Positions 61,856 through 64,000 of a stretch of DNA of 64,000 nt are shown in pieces. The DNA is taken from the NCBI GenBank assembly GCA_965223295.1, contig CBDCWC010000002.1:416001-480000 (forward strand), read 5' to 3'. Source of the DNA: Nitrospirales bacterium. Lineage in GTDB: Bacteria; Nitrospirota; Nitrospiria; Nitrospirales; UBA8639. The first letter of the stretch is position 1, and each line of letters begins with the position of its first letter. Made by a program: the position numbers and the translations under genes. A model generated the notes under the pieces. That model was not told the DNA's origin, searched no databases, and worked only from the letters and a program-made list of their open reading frames with translations.

Positions 61856-63535
61856 ATGAAGCTCACGAGACGGCAACTTATGGTACGTATGAGAGGTGAT
61901 GATGTTGAATTGCTTCAGAAAGAGCTGAAACTTTTAGGTTATTCGATTAGGGATAGGAAAGGATTTTTTGGTAGATCAACCAAAAAGGCGGTGCGGAAAT
62001 TCCAAGAGATTGCTGGTCTCGAAACGACAGGAGTTGTCGATCAAAGTACAGCTCGTTTGATTAATGAAGCTGTGGACAAACTGCAGCGTGGATTGCGGCG
62101 TAAATATCGAATTCACCCGGGGATTGGAATTGGGCGGCTTGGAAATGCAAAAACCGATTACTATATTGGTCCTGAGGTCTCATCACTCGATTTTCAACCT
62201 GAACCAGATGGAAATTATCGGGATGCTCGTGGAAAAATTCGAAGACAGGCTCAGAGATTTCGAATTTATGAGTACACCTATAGCGATAATTCAACTGAGC
62301 CACAGATGGTGCGGGAAATCACATGGAAGGATGCAGAAATCCACTGGGAAGTTGAACTTTCTAATCGAAAGCCTTTTGTCCAGAATAATGGCGAACGGGA
62401 ATCTGTTCCATTAAGTCCTGGAGTAAAAGCTATTAGCGGTCTTCGGCAGTCTCTTGCAGTGAGTTCATCAATATTTGGGACTTCAGTGCAATTAGGAACC
62501 CTTTCTACCGACAACGATGGCCGCTTGTTAGTATTAGGAGGTTTTGGGAAATCTGACTCGCCAGATGGAGCACCATTAGTCGGTCTGTACAGCCCTGGTT
62601 GGTATGATGATGTGTCTGATGGGCCGGTACGTGCTTCGATTCAACTTAGAGATACTGGTGAACGTCCTGCCGTCGAGGCGGCCTGGGTGATTATAGGAGT
62701 GCCAGCCTATGCCACACCAATCATTAATATTGTAACGCTCTATGATCTTATTTTTCAAAAGAGTATGGAGTTGCCACCACCTCATAGAATTGTTCCACCG
62801 ACAGAGGTTTCTTTTACAAAAGACATTTTTCCGATTTTACAGCGAACGGCCCTCATTGTATGGACCAGTGGACGTGCAAGAGGCTTTCATGACTTTCTTA
62901 ATAGTGAACGTATTAAACTTCTACGAAACAATGATTCGCGAGTCGGCTCGGCGGCACGAAATGCTCGTGAAGCCATTTTTAGCCGAGTGAATAATCCCAC
63001 TCCACCACCTTCAAGGGGTTCCATGCCTCTCTTAACAGGACTGACTGTCACTCCTTATCAATACACAATCTTAGAAAAATGGAGTAAGGGCGATTTTCTT
63101 GCAGATTGGAACGGTGCACCAAAACAGCAAAAATTTGATGCTCTCTCGCCGCAAGATCAAGTGGTTGAGTTGGAGAAAGCGGCACTGGGCTCAATTGTTG
63201 GTGGCTCATTTCATCCAGGAATTGAAGTCGGTGCAATGGTTAATGATGTGACAACCTATGAGCGTCCCTTTCGGATTAATACAGATCTTCTTCCCGGGGC
63301 TTTGACCGAATCACTTTCCATCCCCTGGCAGGCTGATTTTCGGGCATGTGGTACAGGTTGGTGGCCAGGCGGACGTCCCAATAGTGTGACTGCCGATGGC
63401 ACACAGTTTTATGATTGGATACCCCAGGACTGGGATTTCTTAGATACGGTTGAAAATTGGTGGAAACTTGGATTTATCAAGAAAAAGGTTCGTCGTGGGA
63501 ATACCGTGTATACCGAGGCAGAACGGAAGGTGTAA
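61856..63535 (+). CDS. LodA/GoxA family CTQ-dependent oxidase with an N-terminal peptidoglycan-binding domain
   Basis: aa ~8-72 PG_binding_1 pattern (GDDV..LQ..L...GY....G.FG..T..AV..FQ...GL..TG.VD..T); then YRIHPGIG..RLGN, FRIY, GWYDDVSDGPV, GGSFHPGIE, PWQADFRAC..WWP..RP. Confidence 0.88.
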   Translation: MKLTRRQLMVRMRGDDVELLQKELKLLGYSIRDRKGFFGRSTKKAVRKFQEIAGLETTGVVDQSTARLINEAVDKLQRGLRRKYRIHPGIGIGRLGNAKTDYYIGPEVSSLDFQPEPDGNYRDARGKIRRQAQRFRIYEYTYSDNSTEPQMVREITWKDAEIHWEVELSNRKPFVQNNGERESVPLSPGVKAISGLRQSLAVSSSIFGTSVQLGTLSTDNDGRLLVLGGFGKSDSPDGAPLVGLYSPGWYDDVSDGPVRASIQLRDTGERPAVEAAWVIIGVPAYATPIINIVTLYDLIFQKSMELPPPHRIVPPTEVSFTKDIFPILQRTALIVWTSGRARGFHDFLNSERIKLLRNNDSRVGSAARNAREAIFSRVNNPTPPPSRGSMPLLTGLTVTPYQYTILEKWSKGDFLADWNGAPKQQKFDALSPQDQVVELEKAALGSIVGGSFHPGIEVGAMVNDVTTYERPFRINTDLLPGALTESLSIPWQADFRACGTGWWPGGRPNSVTADGTQFYDWIPQDWDFLDTVENWWKLGFIKKKVRRGNTVYTEAERKV

Positions 63536-63720
63536 GAGATACCTGTCAAAAAAGAATTTTTTAGAAAGTTGTCGCTGAAAATAAAGGCAAGGGACAAGTT
63601 GGCAATTAAACGATGTGATGGCTCTGGTGTTATTCAGTAACAGAAAGGTGAGGTTTGTATCAGGAGCCCATCAATGAATGAGTAGTCTATGTCTGCGTAA
63701 ACGAAAGGAATCGTTTCCAA

Positions 63721-64000
63721 TTGAAATCATGCCACAATGTTGATGTATTAGTCGTCGGAGGAGGGCCTGCGGGGTTAGCTCTTAGCCTAACCTTAGTAAA
63801 AGAGGGTTTTAGCGTCACAGTACTAGAGCGTTCGTTCTATAAAGATCTGCGTGTGGGAGAAACCGTTCCACCGGACATCAAGCCACTTCTGCGTGAATTG
63901 GGTCTTTGGCAACGGCTCAGTATGAGCAGTCATTTGCCCTATGAATCGATCTGTTCATATTGGGGATCACCTACTCCACAGATTCATGATTTTCTACTCA
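63721..64000 (+). CDS. LodB/GoxB-like FAD-dependent oxidoreductase, 3'-truncated (not in the ORF track)
   Basis: Manual translation: (TTG)KSCHNVDVLVVGGGPAG...VTVLERS...RVGETVPP..PLLRELGLW...WGS; AAAGGA RBS upstream. Confidence 0.8.
   Translation, partial: MKSCHNVDVLVVGGGPAGLALSLTLVKEGFSVTVLERSFYKDLRVGETVPPDIKPLLRELGLWQRLSMSSHLPYESICSYWGSPTPQIHDFLL

Noticed and set aside
61856-61900. Tat signal (TRRQL) on the LodA-like protein
   Set aside because: No hydrophobic h-region follows; the segment runs straight into the PG-binding pattern.
1-64000. CRISPR array, rRNA, prophage or autonomous transposase
   Set aside because: No regularly spaced repeats, rRNA-like tracts, phage genes or transposase ORFs found. 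Most short antisense ORFs in the track are shadows of real genes.

Overview
Bacterial chromosomal window, most likely from a Nitrospirales/Nitrospiraceae-like organism (inferred from gene content and repeat family, not from a database search). It is mostly core genes: rpsB-tsf-pyrH-frr-alr, cinA-thpR-recA-alaS-mltG, metF, metH, argG, glgE, a treS-maltokinase fusion, tRNA-Met(CAT), and csoR-copZ-copA with a CsoR operator. The most notable items are: (1) a peptidoglycan-binding-domain fusion to a LodA/GoxA-type CTQ oxidase, followed by a LodB-like flavoprotein truncated at the right edge; (2) three near-adjacent radical SAM genes predicted to bind cobalamin, plus a PhzF-like isomerase; (3) two 191-bp MITE copies with 5-bp target duplications, a nested inverted repeat and a variable hairpin cassette, one of which splits a gene; (4) two different ATP-grasp/transglutaminase modules flanking argG and glgE/treS; (5) a 1-nt frameshift near the argG 3' end; (6) apparent pseudoenzymes (ProA without its catalytic Cys, a degenerate CADD/PqqC-like protein, a J-domain without HPD); and (7) a hypothetical protein resembling a split sigma region 4 plus an anti-sigma-like segment. 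All calls come from motif recognition by eye.
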